Origin: Octopus sinensis
Lineage: Eukaryota
DNA length: 64,000 nt
Reading direction: 5' to 3'
Assembly (NCBI RefSeq): GCF_006345805.1
Contig: NC_042997.1
Span: 134,726,001-134,790,000, forward strand
The notes beneath the pieces were generated by a model that was given only the letters and a program-made list of their open reading frames with translations, did no database searches and was not told the DNA's origin. Positions 30,821 to 43,859 of the stretch are shown one piece after another (position 1 is the first letter of the stretch; each line of letters starts with the position of its first letter). Position numbers and translations under genes: made by a program.

Positions 30821-32532
30821 TGAGCCACTACTGCGGAAGCTGGCGACGCTGAGGGGCATCCCACGAGAGCTGGGAGGTGCGTGTCTGCACAGGCGGACGA
30901 CGTCACCGTCATAGTGTCGAGTCACAAGCACATCGACCTGGTCGGCGAGACACTAAAAGAATACGAAGTGGTAACGGGAGCAAAAATTAACCGGGAAAAA
31001 TCATTGGGCTTGCGCCTCAGCACCTGGAAAAGCAATTCCATGCCGTCCAAAGGCGTCTCCATCGTGGGACGCTGGACCGACGGACCAGTTAAATTACTCG
31101 GAGTCTCGTTCGGTCCGGACCTCCAAATGGAGAAGAACTGGGGCGAAATAACGACTAGGTTGGCCACTCTCACCCAGCAATGGGCCGAGAGGAAGCTATC
31201 CCTAAAAGGTCGGGCGGAGATGGCGAACGCGTACATCGCATCTGTCATCGAGTACCGTCTGATCGTTGTGCCTTGTCCCGACCCTACCATCGCCAAACTG
31301 GAGCGCATACTCTTCCGCTTCTTGTGGAAGGGAAGCTATCCGATGGTTAGGCGATACATTTACTGTCAAAACCCGCTAAATGGAGGACTAGCATGCCGTA
31401 GTTGATGATGCGAAGACATGCGCATCTCCGGCGCTTCACAGACGACGGTGAACAGGTGTGGTCGCCGTTTGTGAGGCGCGCTTTCCCGCAGCTCGTCTCC
31501 TTGGCCGAACTGCAGTCGTGGATCGAGGCTAGGCGAATGGCACCGCGAGTGTCGCGTTGCTGTCAATCAACTGTGCCGTCCGGGATCAAACTTGTGCGAC
31601 TTCATTACAACAAAAGCGTTCTATAAAGGATTAGTGGAGGGGAGGTGCGACGACGTTCTCGGGCAGAATCTGGGCGTCGACGAGGAACACCTGACCCGCC
31701 TGTTCAGGACAACTTTCGGACTGGGACCTAGGGACAATCACCAACGATCCCTGGCCTGGCAGTACTATTGAGAAGCATTACCTGTTCAGGATAAGTTCTA
31801 ATGGCACGGTTCGAGACACACCGGACCGACTTGCCCGAGATGCAGTCAGAGCGACGAAACCGTTCTGCACGCACTCGCTCATTGTCCAACCATTTCGGAT
31901 CTGTGGGCTTATGCTGAACGGCTGCTGTCACGTGTGGAACGAGTCCGCCTGTCGGCCGAGTCTATCGTCACAGTTACTCCGCCACCTTCCTTCAATCAGG
32001 AAGGCAAGGCAGTCTTTATCGTACTGGTGGCCATGATGAAAGAATGTGTGTGGTGGACTCGAGCGAAAGGACTAGAGACAAACACTTACCTCTCTGGACA
32101 ATCGCTCATTAACTTTTTCAAGTACCACTTGTAAAGGAAGGTGAGAATAAAGAGGCAGGTTTTGTCTCGTGAATGTTTCAAAAAAAGGTTGGTTGATGTA
32201 GCAAAGATGGTGCGTGCGAGTGACGAAACCACTTTGAGCATGATGCTGTAAATCGAAGAGAGAGAGAGAGAGCATTTTGCTCTCATGAGGTTACCGTGGT
32301 CTTTTCCGTAGGCTTTTCTTTCCACGGATAAACCTAATCTTGCTTCTTACATTTTAAAACTTCTTCTGTGATACACAAACCCTTTTGATCACCTTTTATT
32401 TTCCGATCCCTTTTCATCGGAATTTTACTTTTTTTTCTCTTTTTTTTTCTTTCTTTTTCATTTTCTAAAAGAAAAGCTCTACATTTGTGTTTGTCCCCTC
32501 TGTGTTCAGCCGTGTGTGGCCAATAAAAAAAG

Positions 32533-32533
<1 letters not shown>
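30821..32533 (+). mobile_element. Second, 5'-truncated Tx1/L1-like copy in tandem
   Basis: Starts mid-RT (EPLLRKLATLRG, equivalent to ~29370 of copy 1); keeps the C-terminal finger TCPRCSQSDETVLHALAHC (~31830-31886); ends aataaaaaaagt plus (TATC)n. Confidence 0.9.
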
Positions 32534-32604
<71 letters not shown>

Positions 32605-32605
32605 A

Positions 32606-32785
32606 TATGTTTGTCTTTGTGTCTGTGTTTGTCACCCCATCACCGCCTGACCACCGAGGCTGGTGTGTTTATGTCCCTGTAAAGTAGCGGTTCGGCAAAA
32701 GAAAACAACAAATAAGTACTAGACTTAGAAAATAAGTCCTGGAGTCAATTTGCTCGACTAAAATCTTTAAAGGTGATGCTCCAAA
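32606..32785 (+). mobile_element. SINE family A, 3' half (partner of 25062-25200)
   Basis: gtgtctgtgtttgtc..ggtgtgtttatgtccctgtaa..gcggttcggcaaaag..aataagtcctggagtcaatttgctcgacta. Confidence 0.7.
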
Positions 32786-33307
32786 ATATAAGAATATAAT
32801 ATAACACCAAGCGATGGTGTTCTTGTGTTTTTAACATCTTTTGATACACTCTAACAATATAACTTCCTATCTAGACTACCCATTCATGAGCTCCATTTTT
32901 GAGTAGGAACGTTCCTACGATACCATTTCATTGCAATTAATGTTGTCGATGTACTCTCATACCTACATCCATGTTTCATTATATAACTTAAATTATGCTT
33001 CGTACCTTAGAATGACACATGCGAATCCTCAAATGATACCACATTTTTCCACTCCTTTTGAGTTTGTCGTATCCTACGCAATTTTCATGCAACTAAAAGA
33101 CTTCATATTAGACACGACCAACATAGCAGTAATCCTGAAAATATCTTGCCATAAGGAAATGATAGTCAATTCTCCTTAAAGTTCACAATAACGCATTTCA
33201 TATGGTCTTAGATCATTATTTTATAAATGAACCGATATTTGCTATAGACGCTAAGTATCACAATTTCTGATAATCGCATTACCATTTCTCAAGAGTAGAC
33301 ATTTTAT

Positions 33308-33715
33308 AGACGTAGGAGTGGCTGTGTGGTAAGTAGCGTGCTTACGAATCACATGGCTTCGGGTTCAGTCCCACTGCGTGGCACCTTGGGCAAGTGTCTT
33401 CTGCTATAGCCTCGGGTCGACCAAAGCCTCGTCAGTGGATTTTGTAGACGGAAACTGAAAGAAGCCCGTTGTATATATGTATGTATGTATATGTGTATGT
33501 GTTTGCATGTCTGTGTTTGACACCCCCACCCACCCAACAACGCTTGACAATCGATGATCGTGTGTTTACGTCACCGTAACTTAGCGGTTCGGCAAAAGAG
33601 ACCGATAGAATAAGTACTAGGATTACAAAGAATAAGTCCTGGGGTCGATTTGCTCGACTAATGCTCCAGTATGGCCACAGTCACATGACTGAAACAAGTA
33701 AAAGAGTAAATGAGT
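33308..33715 (+). mobile_element. SINE family A, full length
   Basis: A box tggctgtgtggt, B box gggttcagtccc, central microsatellite, conserved tail. Confidence 0.85.
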
Positions 33716-33724
33716 ATATTCTTT

Positions 33725-35234
33725 AGAACTAGAAAGTACTAGAGCCATGAGGCAAAGTAAGACCTTTTTTTAAAAACAATAACCCCTTTCAGTTCACAGC
33801 TTACCTCCCCAGAAAATCATAAAGTGGGAAATTAATATGCTCCAGGGATGAGATGGAGTGCAGACTAGCAGCAATGCATGGTGACCCCAGAAGAGATATT
33901 CCGTTAGCAGATGATTTCCCATTTCCACTTCCAATGCTCAAACCTTATACTCCTTTCAGCACGGCAAACTTCACTTTCGACAAAGTGAGGCAGTGGTGGT
34001 AAAAGCACACATAAGTTCTGCTTCGTAGCGATCTGGTCCCGCTTATAGAATATACAAAACAAACAAAAAATGCCTATTGCTGTTGAGTAGGATAGCAAAA
34101 CTTTCACATTTGATCTGGAAGAAGTAGAAGGAGACCTTGTTCTGGACACTCGTAGGGTGCTGTTTCGTTTCGAAAGAAGAAAACTCAAAAACTTCCACAG
34201 TTCCGATCTCTCTTTTAGATGTTGAGGGGAAAATGTTTAGGAAAATCATTGCTATATGGTTAACATCACATCTCCTGGCCAACGAGTGCATCGATACGAG
34301 TGTCCAGAAAGGAGGGTTCTCAGGCTACTCTGGATGCCTCGAACACACATCGGCAATGTCATTAAGAAGGCAAGAGGAACAATAACTCCTTTGTTGTATA
34401 GTTGGCTCTTGCCAAAGCGTGCCGACTAGATAGACATAAGCGCATTCGAGTACTACCAAATACCAGCATAAGTAATCAGTCTCATAATGGCACACATAGA
34501 TTTGCTGAGGATTATGTTCACCGTGGAAAATGTAACCACTAAGTGGCAGAGACTGGAAGAAGGTATATTGGCAAGATGCCTAATTTACATGATGCTGTTT
34601 GTGGCGACCATTAACCTACTGCAACAGGTAGGAAGGAGGCCCAAAACTAACGAAAACACAGAAAGTTTAGTTTTGCAGTGCTTCCGTGAACGGCGAGGAA
34701 TGGAGGACTTTGAGATAGCTGGAAAAGATGGTGATATGGTCCCTCTAAAAGTTCAATTCAGTGAAATCTCTGAGTTTGAGTATCCTCAAAGGAATATTGA
34801 TAAATGATATCTTCAGCATTCAGGGTTCTGGGAGTTCAAGAATTTCAGAAAATAAGGAGTCCGATGCCTTGAGAAAAATTACGAATATACCCCTAAGGAT
34901 ATTGACAATGGCGAAGACAATAAAATTCAACTAGACTGGCTGAAGGTAGTTGATAAAAACCAGCTACCTTAAAATTTCAAGGTATGGTGCTTCCAGTATG
35001 GCGTCATACGCAGCCTGCAGTGGCCATTTTTACTTTGCATCTTCGGCATGACTCGGACAGAGGCAGTGGAGAATTCGTGCGAAGGTGGCTGGGCTTTCCC
35101 GCAACTTCTTGCTCAGTCAATCTGTACGGCAAGGCTTCTAAGTCCCGCCTACCAATTTCGTTAGTAGTAGACGAATTCAAAGCCACGTAGGGAAGAGCAA
35201 TTAGCAATTTGCTTGTCTGAGGATGAGAGAGTCA

Positions 35235-35302
<68 letters not shown>

Positions 35303-35320
35303 ACACACACATACCACACA

Positions 35321-35384
<64 letters not shown>

Positions 35385-36498
35385 GTACAGATACGTATAC
35401 TTATATATACACATACATACAAGCTTACAAAAAGGACAAAAAGGTATGTCAATGCCTTTAACCCTTTCGTTACCAACCCGGCTGAAACTGGCTCTGGTTC
35501 TGAGTACAAATGTCTTGTTTTCATAAGTTTTGAATTAAAATCTTAGTCACAATTTATGTTCCTAACACTAGCTGAATGATAACTAGGTTATTTTACTAAA
35601 TTCTTTGTTATATTTAAAGTAATTGAAAGAAACACAGAGCATCTCAAAATAAATACAGTAACGAAAGTGGTAAACCCACTCACCAGTTGTGGTTTGTCTA
35701 TATTTGACTTATTTACCTTTTTACCAAAGGATTCGTTGTTCAATAGACTAAGATCTCTGGGTGAAGGGAGTAGAGTTTACACACTAGGGACATTGGCTAT
35801 AGTGGGACTAGGCACTGGACCATCCGCCTTCTTGGAAAGAACTCTGGGAAGACTTCCTTCATCCTACGTGCTCTCACTGACCTCTTGCCAACTCCAAATA
35901 ACCTTAAAATATGGGGCACAGAAAAAGAAGACTCATCCTGCAACCGGTGTGTAACTACATTTTGATCGAGTGCACTAGGGCACCGTCTGAAGGCTGCTAC
36001 AAGTGGAGACACGACAACGTCCTTGCAGAAACCGCCTAGTTGATTGATGTGCAAAGGGTTAAAGGTGAACAAATACCAGCCAACACCACAGTTAAACGGT
36101 ATCAGATTACTAAAATATGGCAACATGGCTCCAAAGAAGAAAACAAATGCTGGGGACCCGTTTTATATTTTGCATCCAGCTTCTGACTGAAATATGTTAA
36201 TAAACCTGAAGGACAGATTCGTCTTCCCAGAAGAGACAGCGGTAACATCACGCCGATCCAATATGCTCCTGCTCTCAAGAATACGAAAGCAATCTTCGCA
36301 GTCGAACTCACAGTACCCTTGGAGGACAAATTCTATATTTCCCACCAGCTAAGGAAAACTAAATATTCGGGCTTAGTCGACAAGGTTCTTGCCAAAATGA
36401 TGGTACCCTTGGAGAACAAATTCTATATTTCCCACCAGCTAAGGAAAACTAAATATTCGGGCTTAGTCGACAAGGTTCTTGCCAAAATGATGGTACCC
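33725..36498 (+). mobile_element. Decayed RLE-type (HERO-like) non-LTR retrotransposon
   Basis: RT motifs ISLLDVEGK..IDTSVQKGGFSGYSGCLEH; YKWRHDNVL; endonuclease FVFPEETAVTSRR..VELTVPLE..RKTKYSGLV; interrupted by a microsatellite and a MITE. Confidence 0.7.
35462..35670. mobile_element. piggyBac-like MITE (same family as 18090-18306)
   Basis: ttaa|ccctttcgttaccaacccggctgaaac... near-identical internal sequence. Confidence 0.7.
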
Positions 36499-37019
36499 AG
36501 TTTAATTTCCTATTGAAGTCGGTTACCGAGTCTTTTGAGCGTGGTCGATGCGCTATTTCCTACAGATGATGGGGCTGGAACCCAGTCAGCTGAAGAAAGC
36601 CACCTAGGATATAGGCACACAGGTTGGCCGGCAAAGATTCGTTCAGTCATTCGTACTCCACTCGTGCAAAGCATACAGACTAAGAAGCGAAACGCTTGTG
36701 ACCCTGGGATAACTGCTGATGATATGGAAGTGTAACCAGCTTTGCAATGGATTACAATGGGTTTAGAAGAGCTTGCAAAATCTCTGAGTAACTGCTTCAG
36801 TCTGTGTTTGAGGCGGAGCACCCCTGATGTTTATTTCACCTATACATCTTAGAGTGATGCACGCATAAGATAGTGGAGGAGCAACTACAATTACGCATAA
36901 AGATATTCCTGAAGCAAGATTTGAGCTAAAATACTCAGCTGCACGGACGGACAGACGGACGGACGGACACACACACACAGAGTCGTAGTTGCAGGCATGA
37001 GAAGCCCTTTTGGGAATCA

Positions 37020-37130
37020 CCTGGCTTTGGGTTTAGTCCCACCGTGCGTCACCTTGAGCAAGAGTTTTCTACTATAGTGCCGGACCAACTAATGCCTTGT
37101 AAGAGAATTTGCATCTGTGGGCATATAAGT
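37020..37130 (+). mobile_element. SINE family A, 5' fragment
   Basis: gggtttagtcccaccgtgcgtcaccttgagcaag..ctactatag..gccttgtaag. Confidence 0.6.
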
Positions 37131-38811
37131 ATATATGTGTGTGCGTGTGTGTGCGTGCGTGTGTGTGCGTGTGCGTGTGTGCGTGTGTGTGTGTGTGTGC
37201 ATGTGTGCGTGTGTGCATGTGTATGTGTGTGCGTGTATGTGTGCGTGTATGCGTGTGTGTGTATGTGTGTGTGTGTGTGTGTGTATAGCAATAATACCCG
37301 GCGTTGCACGGGTCAAAGTAGTAAATATTTAGAGGGTCTAGTTATGTTTCAATCTACATTACAGCAGTCCGGACCTCAATCGGTAGTGTAAAAATGAATT
37401 TGGCATTCCAACTTTTTTAGAGTTTTATTTAGGTGAAGGTTAGAGTTGACAATGCAATCCGACATCACTAAGTCTATGACAAATAAGTATTTATCCGTCC
37501 GTGTAGTCACTCGTGTTGTATATCTCTCTGTATCAGTGCTATCCGATTATGCAAAGTTGTAGTGAGCATTGCAAAGGTGTGTAGGGTTATATTTGGGTTT
37601 ATCAGATGTAGACACAGAGAGCGAGTCATCAAATGTGTATTTCACAAGTGAGCATTTCTGGGGATTGGGCTGTTTAAACAATCGTTAAGTACGACCGTCA
37701 TTAAAATGGGGAGAGTGATTGAATGTTGATTAGTTGTCATGATGTATGTATGGGTAGTATGTAAGCAAAAACCGAATAGTGGCTATGACCAACTTACTGT
37801 GAGGGAAGTAATCGAATGGTTGGATGTGTTTCTGAAATGTGGGATTCACAACACTGTCTTAACCAGGAGGACTTCTAAGAAACTTTCCCAGAAGGTTGTT
37901 TGCTTGTAGAAGCGAATGGACGGGCCGTTGCGACAGGGAAATCGACCCCGTAAGCCAAATAACCCGGAGGGACACACGAGAACACGTGCATAAGGGGATA
38001 GCCAATTGGCCGAGGTCACGAGAAGGCGGGGATTATGCAATGGAGATCGTATCACGGTCGAACTGCAATAAGTGGCTGACCCGCCAACGGTAACCCGTTA
38101 ACGCCGGTCCGCCTTTTCCTGCGGTGTGAAATGCGTAATTCTGTAGTATAATATAGTCCAGGATCTCCTCAAAGAAAAGATAGCAATGAAAGGTAAGACA
38201 TCTATCGAAAGCCGGAAAGCGGCCTGTCCCTGCTATAGGACATTTGAGGGTAACATGGGCACCATAGCAGTCGTAAGTAATGTTTTAGTAGCGGTCTTAC
38301 CACCGAGTCTAACCTAAAATTGATTATTGGGAGAATCTACCGGAAATCCCATGAAACGTCAACATATAAATACTGCAATTGTTTGCTGATTCCATACACA
38401 GTGTATCGAGCTAAGTGCAATGTAAATTGGTACATGGGCTGACTGCATTAACTGAGTTCAAATATCGCCCTGACTTCGGCCCACTTTGAATGCAGTAAGC
38501 AAAAACGCAGTATTTTCATTGTCAAAGTTTCAAGGGATTTACAGTACTGCAGTCAGTATGTGGGTTTCAAAACCTTGAAGTGTTTTTCAACGCAGAAACG
38601 CAGTGATTCCCGTCTAGGAATGAACAGTGTCTAAGAATGGATTTGGGTGCACAATTATAAACATTGGACTTGGCAAGAACTAAAAAGTTAGTGCTCCAAA
38701 TGGCGTAGTTTAGCATTAGTATGTTTGAATAAAAGTTTGGCAACAGAAGTTTGTAACGTAGTAGTGCACTGAGCCCCGGCAAAGGATGACTTTTGTTTAA
38801 TTAAGTGCGCC

Positions 38812-39524
38812 ATGTTACGACCTGGTGGCCAATATCCGAATTCACAGAATTAACGTGGAATGGGTGAATTTAAAACAACACAACACCATGATTTCTTTAT
38901 AAAACTATTATTAATCATCAACATAAAAACAGCTTACAACAAATATATATACAAACAGCCAAGGCTACACCAAACGTGCAGTCAAAAGTTACAAGGGTAA
39001 CATATATACACAGTTCAGAAGTTCTGACTCCATATCTTGGTTTTTCAAAAGTAGCTTTCCAAAAATTTTGGGTTTCATAAAATCCAGATTTCCAGTTTTG
39101 TAAACATTCGGTTTTCAAACTTTGGATTTCGACAGTAGATTTCGAACCGTGACTTCATAAAATCTGTCTATCAATTCGGTGTTAAACCTTGAGTTTCGAA
39201 CCTTGGAATGTTATAAACTTTGTATTTCAATTCGTTGTTCAACCTTGGGTTCCGAACCTTGGAATGTAGAATGTTGGATTTCGATATGACACAGAAAATT
39301 TTTTAACTGACAAGCAAAAAGTTCTGGCGAATTCCTGGAGCATAAAATAATTTCACAAATGTCTAACACAAAGCACAAAATGCAGAAACTAAATAGGCAA
39401 TCACAGCTTCCAGAATCCAATTGAACCTTGTCTCACAGAAAAACTGTCACCAAAACTGGGTGTACAATTATCTCACACGCCCTACCACAATGCAGGGTTC
39501 AAAGTTCACATGAATATTATAACA
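38812..39524. mobile_element. Possible solo LTR
   Basis: tgtta...taaca termini and internal short tandem repeats (ttcgaacc motif); no TSD found. Confidence 0.3.
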
Positions 39525-39586
39525 TAGCTTAAAAGATTTTTGTACTTACTCATATTATTTTAAAACGGACAGGCAAAAAGTTTATT

Positions 39587-39987
39587 AGACGCATGCGTGG
39601 CAGTGTGGTAAGAAGTTTGCTTCCTAACCACATGGTTCCGGGTTCAGTCTTACTATGTGACACCTTGAGCAAGTGTCTTCTTCTATAACCTCGGGACGAC
39701 CAAAAACCTTGTGAGTGGATTTGGTGGTCGGAAACGGAAAGAAGCTGTCATATAATATATATCCACGGATGTGTCTTTGTGTCTGTGTTTGTTCTCCCAC
39801 CCTCAGTTTGACAACCAGTGTTGGCGTGCTTACGTCCTCATAACTTAGCAGTTCGCCAAAAGAATCAGAATAAATACCAGGCTAAAAACAAATAAGAACT
39901 GAGCTCTATTCATTCGACTAAAATTGTTCAATGTGGTGCCCGGCATGGCCACAATCTAATGACTGAAACAAGTAAAAGATAAAAGAT
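39587..39987 (+). mobile_element. SINE family A
   Basis: Family A head, body and tail motifs. Confidence 0.8.
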
Positions 39988-40163
39988 TATTATATTTTTA
40001 AAGTCATTATCATATTTTAAAATCATTATTATTATTTATTAAAAAGAGCGCGACTGTTATTGGTAATAAATAGAGATTGACTCTATTTATTACCAACAAC
40101 AGTCGCATTCTTCTTATTGTTTCTAACAGTATCTTTACCTTCGTGGAGAGTAACTTCAGTCTT

Positions 40164-40205
<42 letters not shown>

Positions 40206-40400
40206 TATGTTTGACTTTTGCTTTATGTCTGTACAAGTTGGCTCCAAGTCTCACCCAGAGACCTCAAGAGACAACAGGTTGGAAGTTCTGTGCCATATAT
40301 TTGGTTTTTTTTTTTTTGGTGTTGTACTAGTGAATGTCTAATACATAAAAATAAAAAAAAATAAAAAAAATAAATAAAAATAAGAATTTTAAAAAAGTTA

Positions 40401-40433
<33 letters not shown>

Positions 40434-40714
40434 GTTGTTGTTGTTAGGCTCTTATAGAAGTATTTTGATGAATTCATGTTAAGTTTTGAATTTTATTCTT
40501 AAATACTCTCATAGCTACTTCTTGACGATGATTTGACTTTAGAAAACGTGTAAGAGAATCCGTCCTGAAAATTAGAGAAGAAAATGGAAGATAAAACGCA
40601 ACAGATAGAATATAATGCCAAGTTCCAATTCGAATCTACATTGAATAGTATGATATGAATATCACTTCACAATGAACTGCTTAATCTTTTACTATTTCTA
40701 CTAAATTTAAGATG

Positions 40715-40850
40715 TACAAGGGGGTACTGAAAAGTTCCTGGCCTTGAGTAGAAGAAAACACTGGAGGATTAGTTAATTATGATTTTATTCAACATATTCC
40801 CCCTCTCAGATTCACACACTTATTGCAGCGGTTCTTTTTACCTTTGTAAG
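40715..40850 (+). mobile_element. Mariner-like terminal fragment
   Basis: tacaagggggtactgaaaagttcctgg..attttattcaacatattccccc..cacacttattgcagcgg resembles a mariner 5' end. Confidence 0.45.
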
Positions 40851-40874
40851 AGAATATATATATATATATATAGG

Positions 40875-41162
40875 CTCACGATTGTAAGGTCGTGAGTTCG
40901 ATTCCCGGCGACGCGTCTTGTCCTTGAGCAAGACACTTTATTTCACGTTGCTCCAGTTCACTCAGCTGGCAAAAATGAGTCGTACCTGTATTTCAAAGGG
41001 CCGGCCTTGTCACACTTTGTGTCACACTGAATCTCCCTGAGAACTACGTTAGGGGTGCGCGTGTCTGTGGATTGCTCAGTCACTTGCACGTTAATTACAT
41101 GAGCAGGCTGTTCCGTTGATCGTATCAGCTGGGGCCCTCGTCGTCGTAACCGAGGGAGTGCT

Positions 41163-41165
<3 letters not shown>
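40875..41165 (+). mobile_element. tRNA-derived SINE, family F
   Basis: B box gtgagttcgattcccgg, gtccttgagcaagacactttatttcacgttgctccag..cagctggcaaaaatgagt; related minus-strand copy at 50791-51012. Confidence 0.7.
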
Positions 41166-41208
<43 letters not shown>

Positions 41209-41528
41209 GTTGCAAAAAGTTAAGTAAATCTTTTATTGTGTTGTCAACAAGTAAAATTAGAGGATAAACCGATTAATCGACCATAACATTTCCAGCATTA
41301 GTAATTCCTTCTATTATTGGCATAAGGCCTGAAGTTTGCGGGAGGGGGCTTGTTGATTACATCGCACCCCAATGTTCAAATGATACTTATTTTATCGACC
41401 CCGAAAGAACGAAAGGCAACGTCGACTCCAGCGCCACTTGAACTTAGAACGTGAAATGAGAAGAAATGCCTTTATGCATTCTTTTCTATGCAGTAGAAAG
41501 GTCACCGTTCAATAGGTACTTAGATATT

Positions 41529-41760
41529 TATTTCTTTACTACCCACAAGGGGCTAAACACAGAGGGGACAAACGAGGACAGACAAAGGGATTAAGTCGAT
41601 TATATCGATCCCAGTGCGTAACTAGTACTTAATTTATCGACCCCGAGAGGATGAAAGGCAAAGTCGACCTCGGCGGAATTTGAACTCGAAACGTAACGAC
41701 AGACGAAATACGGTTACGCATTTCGCCCGGCGTGCTAACGTTTCTGCCAGCTCGCCGCCT
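41529..41760 (-). mobile_element. SINE family B with 17-bp target-site duplication
   Basis: Reverse complement of the 97-331 copy; ataggtacttagatatt at 41512-41528 and 41761-41777. Confidence 0.9.
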
Positions 41761-42809
41761 ATAGGTACTTAGATATTAAGATTGGAACAAGTCTGTGGGA
41801 ACGATTTAATTGACCAATGTACTTAAGTGGTACTCTTTAGAGAGATGAAAGGAAAAGTAAACTACAACAGATTTTCAAATTAGGAGCATAAAGAAACAAA
41901 AGCCTTTTGTTCGACGTTTTAACGATTATGTTGCTAATCTACTGCCATTTTGCTCATAGCAAATTAACGCTACTGCTGATCAACTACTACTTGACTAAGA
42001 GCGAATTAACGATATTGCCAACCCACTTCCTTTTCATTAAAAGCGATTATAATTCAAACATTAATTCCAGATGTTGAATTAATGACTAATGCCATATTTC
42101 ATCGGTAAGAGATCAGAGTTGTCTTAGCAGCATTATAAGCACCCGGGCAAATCGATGCATTGGGTTTTATTGTATTTATTTATTGACAGCAAACCACATC
42201 GCATATAAATCAGAATTGGGCCCCTAGATTCAGTGTGTCCATGCTGTAAGACGGCACTGCAGGAGACAACTAAGCAAAAAGAAAAGAATGGTGAAATATA
42301 ATTAGTAAATCTAACCAGTAGTTATGCAGAGAGGGGAATATTTATTGCATATTTGATGTAAATAAAGCGCTATCCAAGGACATTTCCAAAGCAGCGGGTG
42401 AAAAAAAAAACGAGAAATTACTGTACTCTATCGAATACAAACAATAAACAAGGAATTAATTGCCGAGTATTGTTGTTAAACATTGTAAAATATTTATTTC
42501 CTTTGTAAGAAACGATGTATTTAAGGAATTAGACTAGAAAAGTTAATGACAGCATAGGAATTAGAAGCACAAATAATCGTTTAATACTAATAAATCTCTC
42601 CGAAGTTGACGTTGTATATTAACTTGTGTATTATCCTCTCAAGTTTAATGCAATAAATACCAGTTAAATACTGAGGTCTACAAAATCTATTTTTCTTCAC
42701 CTAAGTGACATTGTGGTTGAGAAATCAATACTGACAAACATCAAAATAAACGTAGATTGACTAAAGCAATTTCAAACTCGAACCGCTTCATATTCTATTC
42801 AACAGGAGT

Positions 42810-43150
42810 GGCGCAGGAGTGGCTGTGTGGTAAGTAGCTTGCTAACCAACCACATGGTTCCGGGTTCAGTCCCACTGCGTGGCATCTTCTGCTATATCCC
42901 TGTGCCGACCAATGCCTTGTGAGTGGATTTGGTAGACGGAAACTGAAAGACGCCTGTCGTATATATGTATATATATATATGTATATGTGTTTACGTCCCC
43001 GTCACCTAGCAGTTCGGCAAAAGAGACCGATAGAATAAGTACTGGGCTTACAAAGAATAAGTCCCGGGGTCGATTTGCTCGACTAAAGGCGGTGCTCCAG
43101 TATGGCCGAAGTCAAATGACTGAAACAACTAAAAAAGTAAAAAAGTAAAG
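42810..43150 (+). mobile_element. SINE family A
   Basis: Young copy with internal deletions; canonical head and tail. Confidence 0.85.
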
Positions 43151-43859
43151 TAATACACACACACACACACACACACTACATGCACATACACGCACGCACG
43201 CACGAACGCATGCACGAACACACACGTACACACATTTACAGACAGACAGCGCAAATTTAATCTGCAGAATATTTTCTAAATAAAATGTTGAAGTTACCTT
43301 TATAAGAGAACCCAATTTGCTCCAAAGTGTAACATTCGGGCATCGTTCCATTCCAGTCGAGTTTAGGTAAAACGAAGTGACCAGGCAACCTCCCACAAGG
43401 TATACAATTATAATTGAAAATGTACTGAAAAATAATCGTTTCAAACATTGATATTTTCAAAGAAGTTGTTTTCTAAAGCTGTATGCAAATTATACACATT
43501 TACTTTGTACGCATGTAGAGATGACAGAATCCATTATACGTATCTACAGAAGAGTTAAAGCAGTTCATCTTCGATAAGTCGGCCACTGTGAAACATTTCC
43601 TAATGAAGAATATAGACACAATACTACGATTGTGACTTTGTTTTCAAACAATAGCTCAAAAATGACATTTTCCAATGTTTAATAAAGAATTTGGTTGCTA
43701 TATCCGGCAAGTTGAATAAGCACACAAAAAACTTCCTCACTCATAGTCATTGTCTGTAGAGCACCCCACTAGTGACAAAATATGAAACAGACTAAGAACA
43801 GCGGGCAATTCGGCTGGTAGCATTGACACATTATTTTCGATGCCAAAGTTATTGGAATT

